IMG/VR virus record: IMGVR_UViG_3300030100_000622
From: an uncultured virus (IMG/VR IMGVR_UViG_3300030100_000622)
Lineage: Duplodnaviria > Heunggongvirae > Uroviricota > Caudoviricetes
Direction: 5' to 3' (one strand)
DNA: 64,000 nt
Shown: one piece after another, positions 1 through 9,185 of the stretch
Layout: every line of letters begins with the position of its first letter
How positions within the stretch are numbered: the stretch's first letter is position 1
The notes under the pieces: generated by a model
Told to the model about the DNA's origin: nothing
Seen by the model: the letters and a program-made list of their open reading frames with translations, nothing else
Database searches by the model: none
Translations under genes and position numbers: made by a program

Positions 1-206
1 AATCCTGCTTGTTATTAGCCCAAAAGTGAGCCGTCATTGTTTCTGTATCAATCATAAAATCTGATTTCCCGCGTGGTGGATTCCAAGTCATTGTTTAACC
101 CCCTTCTGAACATGGCGCAATCTGCGCCACTGTGTTTTACTCATACCGTACTTCTTTACATTTTTGATAAAATTCTTGTAATTTTCTGTTTCTTTCCAAT
201 TCATTT

Positions 207-443
207 TTACTCCCCCAATATTTCTCCTACAAGGAATGCCGCTTCTTTTGCTAATTCTATTAGGACACATTCCATGAATCCTTTTGCTTCAGCCTCCATA
301 GTAGCCAAAAAGGACTCGCATCCATTAGACTCCATAGTTAGGAATAGTGCATCTTGAAACTTTTCAAATTGATATTTTTCCATTCCTTTAGACATTTCCT
401 TAACCATTATTACATGCAACCTTGACATAATATATCTCTCCAA
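207..443 (-). CDS. hypothetical protein
   Basis: 78-aa ORF with GGAGA SD-like site upstream; no recognisable motif. Confidence 0.5.
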   Translation of the reverse strand: MERYIMSRLHVIMVKEMSKGMEKYQFEKFQDALFLTMESNGCESFLATMEAEAKGFMECVLIELAKEAAFLVGEILGE

Positions 444-480
444 GTAACCTATTATGAGAATACACTATGATACGGTAATG

Positions 481-513
481 GCAAAGCCACTACCATATGG
501 TATTGTATCTTTG
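481..513. repeat. palindromic motif copy 1 (CAAAG..ACCATATGGT..CTTTG)
   Basis: gcaaagccactaccatatggtattgtatctttg; recurs at 1380-1420 and 2157-2191. Confidence 0.8.
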
Positions 514-562
514 TTTAATATTGGGTAGGGAGGGCTAAATTTTGGGGTATAGGTCAAAATCC

Positions 563-606
563 AAAAAAAAGTGAGCCTCCATAGGGGGCGAACCCCCTAT
601 GAAGGC
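563..606 (-). terminator. hairpin + T-tract terminator
   Basis: minus strand gccttcataggggg-ttcg-ccccctatggaggc then T8, downstream of ORF 658-1332. Confidence 0.75.
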
Positions 607-657
607 GAATATCCCGTATTTGGGCGTAACAATCGAGAATACTGCTGATTTAGAGGA

Positions 658-1332
658 TTATTCCTCTTCTTCAGCCGATTCCGGTGCTTTTGGTGCTTCT
701 TTGGCCTTATCTTTCGGCTTTCGCACGATTTTAGGCTTCAGAGGCGGCATTTCGATGTAGGTAAGTACACCTTCAACCGCTTTAGACGCATCAAAGACCA
801 ATCGAGGCTTTTTGTCTGTTAGTGCAGACTTAACCGCCTTGTCGTGGGCTTTGTTTATCTCATCTTCAAGCACATCAAGACCAAACCAACCACCTTTTCT
901 CGCACTTGGCGTGAAAATTCGTTGTAGTACAGTGGGTGCGCCATCAATAGCCAATATTTTATTGATAATTGGCTGGGCAATCGCTTTTTCACGCAGTGCA
1001 ACGATTTTTTGGTCAGTGGTCAGGTTACTACCTGTGTTCTTGCTCTCAATAGGCCAATCAGAAAACTTAGAGCCGCTAATTCTCATTGTATTCCAATAAG
1101 ATGCTCGGGCTTTCGTATCTTCATCGCTTTCGTCAAGGTCTTCACACATCGCAAGGCACATTTCGACGCCCATAAGCAGTTTTTTCTCTGCTTTGGCCTC
1201 TTTATATGCCTCTTCGTCGTAATTGTCAGAATCAGGGTCAAATTGCTGAAGTTTGGCTTCAACAACCCCCTTTTTCTTAGCCAACCACGGCTCGATGAGT
1301 TCAACCTTCTCATTGTAGTTTTCCAACTTCAT
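658..1332 (-). CDS. early-region paralog family member 1 (unknown function)
   Basis: YWNTMRISGSKFSDWP aligns with YWGAIRNLGKKYSDFP of 1515-2039; acidic EEEE end. Confidence 0.75.
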   Translation of the reverse strand: MKLENYNEKVELIEPWLAKKKGVVEAKLQQFDPDSDNYDEEAYKEAKAEKKLLMGVEMCLAMCEDLDESDEDTKARASYWNTMRISGSKFSDWPIESKNTGSNLTTDQKIVALREKAIAQPIINKILAIDGAPTVLQRIFTPSARKGGWFGLDVLEDEINKAHDKAVKSALTDKKPRLVFDASKAVEGVLTYIEMPPLKPKIVRKPKDKAKEAPKAPESAEEEE

Positions 1333-1379
1333 TGGTATTCCTCAATAACACCATTTTGGCCAAGTTTAGGGTCACTCAA

Positions 1380-1420
1380 CAAAGATAAATCGCACGACCA
1401 TATGGTTGTAATCGCTTTGC
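1380..1420. repeat. palindromic motif copy 2
   Basis: caaagataaatcgcacgaccatatggttgtaatcgctttgc between divergent paralogs. Confidence 0.75.
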
Positions 1421-1514
1421 GCTTGTTTAATTGCAACCCTATACTCCACACGCAGGTTAGGTTGCTTCGAGAGGAATATGAAGTATCAAACCACTTATAA
1501 TTAGGTGATTTAAG

Positions 1515-2039
1515 ATGAAGATAGAGAATTGGAATATGAACACGGCTCAAGTTACATTGTGGCTTGAGAAAGAGGCTCGACCCGTCAATCCAGCGATTGA
1601 ATTATCAATCATGCTTGGTAACGACGCAGAAAACGACGATGAGAGAGATACTTATTGGGGTGCAATTAGAAACCTTGGTAAGAAATACTCAGATTTCCCA
1701 TCAGCCCGCAGAGGGCGAGAATCAGACCTTCCAGACGAGGTACTATTAAATGCTACTTCTGTGAAGAACACGGTAATCAGTGCCTTTGCTGCACTTACTG
1801 ATGCTGATGTAATTCTAAAGGTTATCTTGCCACACGGTCGCTCTGGCGGTGCTTATGCTACTATTAACGACCTTGCTGAAGAAATGGGTAACAAGGCTTA
1901 TCGTGCGCTTCTTAATGCACACAAAGATAAGAACGGTTCCCGTTGGGATGGTTCCATGGATGGTAATGTGCCATTGATGACTCCGCCTCCTGTTAAAGAG
2001 GCAACCACAACCGCTACGGAGGGCGACGAAGAGGAATGA
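1515..2039 (+). CDS. early-region paralog family member 2
   Basis: AGGTGA SD; shares RRG..S.(L/V)P, H..SGG, WDG and DEEE end with 3673-4182. Confidence 0.8.
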   Translation: MKIENWNMNTAQVTLWLEKEARPVNPAIELSIMLGNDAENDDERDTYWGAIRNLGKKYSDFPSARRGRESDLPDEVLLNATSVKNTVISAFAALTDADVILKVILPHGRSGGAYATINDLAEEMGNKAYRALLNAHKDKNGSRWDGSMDGNVPLMTPPPVKEATTTATEGDEEE

Positions 2040-2075
2040 TGCTGATTATTCCTCTCGTTGCGCCTTATCCTCACG

Positions 2076-2120
2076 GGGCTTGTATGAATACGAATAAATC
2101 TGGCATTCATACAAGCCCCT
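2076..2120. other. perfect 15-bp inverted repeat hairpin
   Basis: ggggcttgtatgaat-N15-attcatacaagcccc. Confidence 0.75.
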
Positions 2121-2156
2121 TCTAAGAGGGAGTACACATTAGGGTTTTCGTTACAC

Positions 2157-2191
2157 GGCAAAGCCAACCATATGGTATTGTAATGCTTTGC
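2157..2191. repeat. palindromic motif copy 3
   Basis: ggcaaagccaaccatatggtattgtaatgctttgc. Confidence 0.8.
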
Positions 2192-2195
2192 AGTT

Positions 2196-2257
2196 AAAAA
2201 ACCCTGTCCGTACAGGGAAAACCCTCTAAAGGAGTTGAGATTTTAGAGGGTTTTTTT
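2196..2257. terminator. bidirectional terminator between convergent genes
   Basis: A-tract + ccctgt/acaggg hairpin; aaaaccctctaaa/tttagagggtttt hairpin + T-tract. Confidence 0.7.
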
Positions 2258-2271
2258 GAGGACATATTGAA

Positions 2272-3009
2272 TCAGCCCTTCTTGCCATCCTTGATATTCT
2301 GAATAATATCGGGCGCACACTTAGACTCATTTAGAGTATGAGCCTTGAAATTGCAGTCCACTTCAGGGTTTGAAACATCAATCCCGTATTTCTTCAATTT
2401 TAGTCTGCTTTCGATAATCTTCTTCAGAGTAACCATGTCATTGAATACAGTATCAACCATAGCGGATTCAATAGCGTCTTTGCGCTGAATTTTCTCAGGA
2501 TTCCAAGTAATTTCAAATGTTAAGACATGCTTTCCATAAGTGTCCAAAACTAATGATGGTCGCATTACAATGTGGTTATGCTCATCATTTTCCATGTGGT
2601 ATAGTAGGTTGCCCTTGATAATGTCCTTAACACCATCTAATTTATCCAATAGGTCTTCTGAAAAGTGAAGCCAAGCACCTTGAGCAGAAACCCACTGTTG
2701 AGAAGTGGAGGTCGTTTCAATAGTAACCAATTCAATATCAACTAAAGTGTGGAATGCGTCATATGCTTTCTGTGCATCACTTCTCCACTTGCATCTCATT
2801 AGTGTGTCGCCGTTAGGGTCTGCTTGTCGTATTTCCCAAACTGTTCTTTCTTCAGTTACTTCTCTGTAACCATACTCTTGTATTGGCCCAAATCTGGCAA
2901 ATAATGTCAAGCCTTTATCTTGAAGGTCTTTTGCTAACTTTGCTTCTTGCGTATGGTTTATGTCACCCTCATAAGTGAAGGTCATAGTGCGTGTATATGT
3001 TATGCCCAT
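2272..3009 (-). CDS. hypothetical protein
   Basis: 245-aa ORF with protein-like composition, followed by terminator. Confidence 0.7.
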   Translation of the reverse strand: MGITYTRTMTFTYEGDINHTQEAKLAKDLQDKGLTLFARFGPIQEYGYREVTEERTVWEIRQADPNGDTLMRCKWRSDAQKAYDAFHTLVDIELVTIETTSTSQQWVSAQGAWLHFSEDLLDKLDGVKDIIKGNLLYHMENDEHNHIVMRPSLVLDTYGKHVLTFEITWNPEKIQRKDAIESAMVDTVFNDMVTLKKIIESRLKLKKYGIDVSNPEVDCNFKAHTLNESKCAPDIIQNIKDGKKG

Positions 3010-3059
3010 AACTACACGCTTTGATTTAGTACAGGGTTTTCATCACAAAGCGACTCATA

Positions 3060-3550
3060 CCTAATTCGCCTATAAACACAGAACAAAATTATACAACAAA
3101 TATGTCCTATAATAGAATAACAATTTGTTACTCTTATCTTCAATTGACCTTATATGAATAATAATATTATACAATATAATGGTGAAGTATTCAATACTTC
3201 TCATCGTTTCTCAAGAATGAGAAGAGAAGAATCGAGGCCAAAACGGAGGGGTTATGTAACATAAATTATTTATTATTTTTATATTTCTCATATTTCTCAT
3301 TTCTCATGGGGGGGAGGCATTTTTTTCAGTGGTCTTACATAACCCTATCATTATAGAGGACTTATGCCCCACAGAATAAATGAAAAAAGACACCCCCATG
3401 AGAAGAAAAAGGACACCCCCCATGAGAAGAGAAGAGAAGTATTGTTTTTGCGGGTTTCGATGTGTTTTGATAGGGTTGTGTTGCACAACCCATATTTCTC
3501 AAAATGCGAACAATCGTGAGAATAATAGTTATCTTTCATTGACCTTAACA
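3060..3550. repeat. AT-rich non-coding region with TTCTCAT/ATGAGAA iterons (candidate origin)
   Basis: at least 7 copies of the heptamer within 3198-3428 in both orientations, G/C strings, 19-bp imperfect direct repeat at 3134 and 3529. Confidence 0.5.
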
Positions 3551-3637
3551 TGGGCGAAAATGGATTAACTTGTTTGTTCAATTTGTGAAAAAATCTCTCG
3601 CTCTTTCTTTAGCAATAGTATCGGTTAGGTTGGTAAT

Positions 3638-3654
3638 TGTCCTCCTTAATATAG
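3638..3654 (+). promoter_or_regulatory. conserved promoter TGTCCTCC-TTAATATAG
   Basis: identical 17-mer at 9905-9921; contains archaeal TATA-like box upstream of a gene start. Confidence 0.65.
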
Positions 3655-3672
3655 TGCCGGAGTAGTGCTATT

Positions 3673-4182
3673 TTGGCCGAGAGGCCCGTAAAAATGGAGA
3701 TGAAAAATATGGATGATGAAACATGGAATGGATTGGTTGCAGAGGTCAACGAGTATGTCGCAACTGACGCCCTACCGGCAGGTGTACGAAAAATCGTTGA
3801 ATTGAATTTGCAGATTGGAACCGCAAATGCTGAAGAGAGAGAACCTTGTGAAAAAGCACTAAAGGCTATCCTAAAAGGCAGAGAAGGTTCACCTTTCGGC
3901 AGAAGAGGAACAAAATCAAATGTGCCAGCCGCAGTTAGAGTATCAATTGACAAGATTTGTGCATTGGTTACAGAAGCCGCAACTAATTACTACAACCACC
4001 ACCCAATTATGAGTGTAATTACTCTAAAGCACACTAAGTCCGGTGGAGGACAGTATGAAAACGCAGAAGAATATGCAAATGTAGTTATGAAGCGAGAGCG
4101 AGCAAAACTGCAAAAGATGTATTCAACAGGTGCTTGGGATGGCCTTTTGGAAAGCCTAACGCCATCTGATGAAGAAGAGTGA
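3673..4182 (+). CDS. early-region paralog family member 3 (true start probably ~3700-3709)
   Basis: similar to 1515-2039 (RRGTKSNVP, HTKSGG, WDG, DEEE). Confidence 0.8.
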   Translation: MAERPVKMEMKNMDDETWNGLVAEVNEYVATDALPAGVRKIVELNLQIGTANAEEREPCEKALKAILKGREGSPFGRRGTKSNVPAAVRVSIDKICALVTEAATNYYNHHPIMSVITLKHTKSGGGQYENAEEYANVVMKRERAKLQKMYSTGAWDGLLESLTPSDEEE

Positions 4183-4240
4183 AAATATCAACTTTTCATG
4201 CGTACAGTGATGTCGCTACAGTGTAGGTGTCACTGAATTT

Positions 4241-4282
4241 GCCTCCCATCTCTCTTCGGGGAAATGGGAGGCTTTCTTTTTT
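4241..4282 (+). terminator. hairpin + T-tract terminator
   Basis: gcctcccat..ttcg..atgggaggc followed by T-rich run. Confidence 0.7.
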
Positions 4283-4373
4283 GTTGTTGAATTGTTTAGG
4301 ATTTCTTTTCATATGGATTATGAAGTCGAGGCAGGTGTGCGGGGCGAACCTATACTGTACAGGGGGGATGGAT

Positions 4374-4506
4374 TGAGTAAGCAGGAATGCGTGAGCAATT
4401 CCACCAACAAAAAACAATGCTTCTCATTTTAGGTTTAGGTTGCAAAACAGGCGCAACTAACGAAGTTAAGTAAATTAGACATAATTTACAGTTTTCCCTA
4501 AACCTA
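4374..4506 (+). ncRNA. putative structured RNA immediately upstream of tRNA
   Basis: taggtttagg(4430-39)/cctaaaccta(4497-4506) closes three hairpins; GNRA hairpin at 4384-4402. Confidence 0.4.
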
Positions 4507-4511
4507 TCCTT

Positions 4512-4673
4512 GGGCTATTGGCGCAGTCAGGTAGCGCAACGGGCTTTTAATGGGGTTTGCCGAGTAATAATAACATATCACCTCCTTCCGGTAATGTGTT
4601 TTTTTATCTTTACACAGTTATTTCCCCAAAAGACATCCGTTGGTCGCAGGTTCAAATCCTGCATAGCCCGCCA
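4512..4673 (+). tRNA. tRNA-Lys(UUU) with 85-nt intron (4550-4634) at 37/38, encoded CCA
   Basis: acceptor GGGCTAT/ATAGCCC, D-arm GCGC, T-arm GCAGG-TTCAAAT-CCTGC; perfect bulge-helix-bulge (CTTT/AAAG central helix, 3-nt bulges, TGGGG/CCCCA). Confidence 0.95.
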
Positions 4674-4763
4674 CATTCACAGTGTAAATTTTTACACAAT
4701 TTCACCGTCTGAGAAAATCGGACTTTTCACATTCCCTATTAATAACAATAAGGAGGAATAAAA

Positions 4764-6194
4764 ATGATAAAAGGAACAAAAGAACAAGAAGCGATTTGGA
4801 ACGCTATACAGAACACAGAGGGTCATGTGTTTGTTAATGCTGGTGCAGGAACAGGCAAGACCTTTACAATTGTTGAAGGTGCAAATAGAGTACAAGACAA
4901 GGATTGTGCTTTCTTAGCATTTAACAAATCTATTGCAACTGAATTAGCAAAGAAACTGCCATATAATGTTGAAGCAAAGACTTTCCATGCGTTTGGATTT
5001 GCAGCAATTAGAAATGCTGGTATTAAAACTAAAGTAAATAATTACAAGGTAAATAACATCATTAAAGAAGTATTAGGTGCTGACTATTATGTTACACCAC
5101 TAAAGAAGTTAGTATCGCTTGTAAAGGGTGCTATGGTTGAAGGAAACAATGTAACTGCAATTCGTGGTTTGATTGATGAATACAATATTCAGTTTCAATC
5201 AGAGAGAGAAGAACAACAAGCAATTCAAATAATGCCGACTATTCTTCAGATGTGCCAAACTCAAACTCATATGATTGATTTTGATGATATGGTTTGGATG
5301 CCAATTGTAAATAACTATCCTTTGCCACACTACGATATTATGTTCGTTGATGAAGCACAGGATTTCAATGAAGTCCAAAGAGAATTGATTTCAAGATGCG
5401 TAAATGGTGGCCGATGTATTATTGTCGGTGATAAAAACCAAGCAATTTACGGATTCCGTGGTGCTGATTCAAACTCAATTGGTATGTTTGAGAAGCGTCT
5501 TAGAAATGGTTCAAGAGAAATAAGCCATTTCCCACTAACTACTACATGGCGTTGTCCTAAATCGGTTGTTTCTGAAGCAAACCGATATGTTGCGGATTAT
5601 CATGCACATGAGGATGCACCCGAAGGAAATGTAATTGTTAATGCGGCATTTACACCACTACGAAACGATATGGTATTGTGTCGATATAATGCACCATTAG
5701 TTAGTGCATTTTACGATTTGATTAGTCAAGGTAAATCAGCATACATTCTTGGCCGTGATATGACGGCTGGATTGGTTAATGCTGTTAAGAAGATTACAAG
5801 TAACAACCATATGGGTACAGAAGAATTCTGGCAGTTATTTATGGCCGACTTTGAATTCAACCATGCTAAGTTGATTAGCCAAGATAAGGTTAATCAAGCA
5901 CTTGCTCTTGAAGATAAGAAAGAATGTATCGCTATCTTCACAGACAAGGCTACCACCGTTGGTGGAATTATCTCTGAAATTAAAAGAGTATTTGATAACA
6001 ATGAAGAAGGAGAGATTATGCTTTCCACTGTTCACAAGGCTAAGGGTCTTGAAGCGGATAATGTCTTTATTCTTGCTACGGATAGAATGCCCCATCCAAA
6101 AGGCGGTAGCGAAGAAAACAACATTTGCTATGTAGCAATTACAAGAGCAAAGAAAAACTTATTCTATTGCGGGCCTAAACCGCAGATTAACTGA
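4764..6194 (+). CDS. UvrD/Rep-like superfamily 1 helicase
   Basis: AGAGTGKT, VDEAQD, VGDKNQAIYGFRGA, TVHKAKGLE, YVAITRAK. Confidence 0.95.
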   Translation: MIKGTKEQEAIWNAIQNTEGHVFVNAGAGTGKTFTIVEGANRVQDKDCAFLAFNKSIATELAKKLPYNVEAKTFHAFGFAAIRNAGIKTKVNNYKVNNIIKEVLGADYYVTPLKKLVSLVKGAMVEGNNVTAIRGLIDEYNIQFQSEREEQQAIQIMPTILQMCQTQTHMIDFDDMVWMPIVNNYPLPHYDIMFVDEAQDFNEVQRELISRCVNGGRCIIVGDKNQAIYGFRGADSNSIGMFEKRLRNGSREISHFPLTTTWRCPKSVVSEANRYVADYHAHEDAPEGNVIVNAAFTPLRNDMVLCRYNAPLVSAFYDLISQGKSAYILGRDMTAGLVNAVKKITSNNHMGTEEFWQLFMADFEFNHAKLISQDKVNQALALEDKKECIAIFTDKATTVGGIISEIKRVFDNNEEGEIMLSTVHKAKGLEADNVFILATDRMPHPKGGSEENNICYVAITRAKKNLFYCGPKPQIN

Positions 6195-6203
6195 GGTGAT
6201 AAA

Positions 6204-6449
6204 ATGTTAGAAGATTTATTGGAGTTTTGCGGATATAACACCGCATTCGATTTACTAAACGACCACATGACACAGGCAGAAATGTCTGATTTCTTACAGG
6301 ACTTAGTTAATAATCCTCAAGATGCAGTTGATTTCGTCAAAGAAGAAGTCGAGAAAATAGCAACAGATATTTTTGAATGGATTGATAGAGATGCTTTAAT
6401 GGCACAAGCCGACGATATGGCTTATGCTAAATACAGAGATGGTGAGTGA
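6204..6449 (+). CDS. hypothetical acidic protein
   Basis: GAGGTGA SD, 81 aa. Confidence 0.65.
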   Translation: MLEDLLEFCGYNTAFDLLNDHMTQAEMSDFLQDLVNNPQDAVDFVKEEVEKIATDIFEWIDRDALMAQADDMAYAKYRDGE

Positions 6450-7743
6450 AATGGCTGAAACATTAGTGGCTAAAAGAAAATTAGGAAACGGCAGATGGGA
6501 TAAAGTCCTAAAGCAAAGACTAACTGAATTATCTAATGCTGATAATTATGAAGAAGCCAAAGAAGAGTGGGTTGCCACAGGACAAGTATGGTGGGGTAAT
6601 GATGATGCGGCCCCCGATTGGGTAACTAATTCTCAAATGGGCCGTGGTAAATGTCTTTGTGGCCATCCGGTTGTATATCATTTTGAGATAGTTAATACTG
6701 AAAATGGCGTTGTTGAATGTGTTGGTTCAGACCATATCAATACTTATCTAATTATGAAAGCAATTGCTGAAGATAAGGGAATCCCTATTGATGCAATTAC
6801 TGATGCACAAATCCAAGAATGGATTAATGTTCGTGTGGCTTCTATGAAAGCAGAAGCATGGTGGGCTGAAAACGGTGAATCGTTTAAGATGATGTTTAAC
6901 AAAGTCAAAGAAATTGATTTGCATTTTAATGTTCATACTACTAATACTACCTATTGGTGTAATGAAACTGAAAGATACCGTTATGTAACTAAGATTAGAA
7001 AGGTAGGTAGTGGTGAATTCGGTACTCGCTTTTTCAAAATGGCTTCAGTGGTTTGGAGATGGAATCATCCTAATAATCCTAAGAATCAGCAAACAACAAG
7101 AGGTTATCCAAATGACCTTTTGATGCGTGACTTGTCTTATTTGTTCGTTATGTCTAATCAGAAGATTGCTGAATATGAAAAATATAAGACTGAAATAGAA
7201 GAACGAAAGCAAGAAGTAATTGAGAAGAGAGAAAGATTGAGAGTCATAAGAGAACAAAGACAGGCTGAACAGCGTGAAAGAGAAAGACTTCGCAGAGAAC
7301 AGTGGGAAAGAGATAGACCAGCAAGAGAAGCGGCTCAAGAAATTTATAAATTAAAAATGAAGAAGAAGCGAGAAGAAGAGGCTAAAAGACAGGCAGAAAG
7401 AGAAAAAATTAGAGCAATCGAAAATGCTCGATTTTTGAGTGCTAATAACCACACATTTGAGAATATGTGTGGATATTACGGCATTCCTGCATTTAATGAG
7501 TCCTTTGCTTCTAATGCTTGGGAAACTAACTTCTTAGCCGACATTAAGATGAAACTAACTGAAGAGAGAGAATTGACAATCAATCAAATAAATAAACTAC
7601 GAAAAATCTTAGACCAAGATTCAGCGACAGAAAAGCAAATTGCTTATCTCAAAGACTTAGGTTATGAAGATGATTTCGATAAACTAACTAAGCGTCAAGC
7701 AAGTTGGGAAATCAATAGATTGAAGAGGCAACAGGATGATTAG
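6424..7743 (+). CDS. hypothetical protein (Cys/His motif, coiled coil, C-terminal ATEKQ-type motif)
   Basis: CLCGH..VGSDH; charged coiled coil; ATEKQIAYL..LTKRQAS. Confidence 0.75.
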   Translation: MLNTEMVSEMAETLVAKRKLGNGRWDKVLKQRLTELSNADNYEEAKEEWVATGQVWWGNDDAAPDWVTNSQMGRGKCLCGHPVVYHFEIVNTENGVVECVGSDHINTYLIMKAIAEDKGIPIDAITDAQIQEWINVRVASMKAEAWWAENGESFKMMFNKVKEIDLHFNVHTTNTTYWCNETERYRYVTKIRKVGSGEFGTRFFKMASVVWRWNHPNNPKNQQTTRGYPNDLLMRDLSYLFVMSNQKIAEYEKYKTEIEERKQEVIEKRERLRVIREQRQAEQRERERLRREQWERDRPAREAAQEIYKLKMKKKREEEAKRQAEREKIRAIENARFLSANNHTFENMCGYYGIPAFNESFASNAWETNFLADIKMKLTEERELTINQINKLRKILDQDSATEKQIAYLKDLGYEDDFDKLTKRQASWEINRLKRQQDD

Positions 7744-8002
7744 AAGATTGTTACGCTCCTTTCAAAGACCGTCACAAAGTCCACCACCTAAATGTGATAT
7801 ATGCGCTCTAAGCGCAACAAATTACATGCAGATAGAAGTCAAGTCATTAGACTTAGACGAATTATCTAAGGTGTTGTTGCGGCTTTGTGACGGTTGTAAG
7901 GATGAGGTACTATCCAAATATAACAATAATGGGCTACCTGCCCCGATAATAAGGTGGAATAAAGATGAAAATGAAAGACAGGATAAGAAAAGCAGAACAT
8001 AG
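7736..8002 (+). CDS. small Zn-finger protein
   Basis: CDIC...CDGC. Confidence 0.55.
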   Translation: MIRRLLRSFQRPSQSPPPKCDICALSATNYMQIEVKSLDLDELSKVLLRLCDGCKDEVLSKYNNNGLPAPIIRWNKDENERQDKKSRT

Positions 8003-8426
8003 ATTCTGGAAAACAGATTATCTTAACACTAATGTTAAGGTAATTGACAAAAGAAGAAAGTATTGCCGAGAGCAATTACTATTGGGTCGTAAAGACCATT
8101 ACAAGATATTTGAAGAAGCAAGGAGGAAATTTAAATGAACCGTTATAAAAAAGCAATAGCATGTATAGAATGCGTACAACAAAATATGAATGATGAACAT
8201 TTCATTGATTGGTTGTATAAAACATTAGGATTAGACTTAATGGAGGCGGGAAAATGAAAAAAGTACGAGATATAGCCTCCCGTCTTGAAAAAGAATGGGA
8301 TAGACACAGAAAACTCTTAGTGTCTTTCACTGCTCTCATTATCAAACAAATTGATGAAGGGAATATTGAAGGTGCGAGAGATACTGCTATGACTTTATTA
8401 GTATCCTTTGAAGGGGTTGGTGAAGA

Positions 8427-9086
8427 ATGAATATATTTGCATTATCGGAATGCCCAAGAGAAGCGGCACAACAAATGATAGACAAGCATGTTGTAAAAAT
8501 GCCAACAGAAACTTGTCAAATGTTACATACTAATATTCTGTATATGATGTTTCGTTTGGAGAAACCTGATGCAGAACCTTCACTAAAAAACTTGAAAGCG
8601 TATCACAAACATATCAAATCTAATTTGATGAAACCTGCTATGCTAAATCATCCTTCGACTATTTGGGCGAGAGAATCTTTAGATAACTTCAATTGGCTTT
8701 TAGCACATGGTAAAGCCCTTTGCGAAGAGTATTCTTTTAGATATAACAAGCGTCATGGTTCACATGACAGAATTCGTGATGTTGATGATTATGGTAAATT
8801 ACTTAGAAGCCATAATTTTCCTTGCGAAGAATTGACTCCTGTAACAATTGCTATGTTTGATGAGTACAGAATACCTAATAATCATGCAAACCATTGTTGG
8901 GAGTTTGTGATTGAATCTTATCGTCATTATTACCTTGAAGGTAAATGGCGATTTGCTGAATGGAAAAAGCGAGAAAGACCGGCTTGGTGGCCTAAGTTTC
9001 ACTTTGCTAAGAAATACAATGTTAAAGCAAGAGCATGGAACGCTACCAATCCTAAATACAGAATGAATATAATGAAGGAGGAATAA
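8427..9086 (+). CDS. pyrimidine-dimer DNA glycosylase (DenV/T4 endonuclease V-like)
   Basis: MNIF.L...P..AA...DKHVVKM..E..Q.L; NHPSTIWAR; YRHYY..K. Confidence 0.85.
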   Translation: MNIFALSECPREAAQQMIDKHVVKMPTETCQMLHTNILYMMFRLEKPDAEPSLKNLKAYHKHIKSNLMKPAMLNHPSTIWARESLDNFNWLLAHGKALCEEYSFRYNKRHGSHDRIRDVDDYGKLLRSHNFPCEELTPVTIAMFDEYRIPNNHANHCWEFVIESYRHYYLEGKWRFAEWKKRERPAWWPKFHFAKKYNVKARAWNATNPKYRMNIMKEE

Positions 9087-9185
9087 CAATGCAAGAAAGA
9101 TGTATGGCTTGTGAAAAACCAATTAGCAAAGATAGATACTATTGCTATGATTGTTTCCAAGCATTAGAAGATAAGGTGAATAACA

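Noticed and set aside
481..2191. Palindromic repeats as a CRISPR array
   Set aside because: Only three degenerate copies, separated by whole genes rather than 30-40 nt spacers
3304..3581. Short ORFs in the iteron region
   Set aside because: Low-complexity translations of repeats on both strands, with no clear SD
4547..4587. Minus-strand mini-ORF MLLLLGKPH behind AAGGAGGTGAT
   Set aside because: SD abuts the ATG with no spacing and it is antisense to a tRNA; less plausible than the anti-SD reading, though not excluded
4510..4761. 83-aa ORF in the ORF track
   Set aside because: Overlaps the tRNA and its intron; spurious
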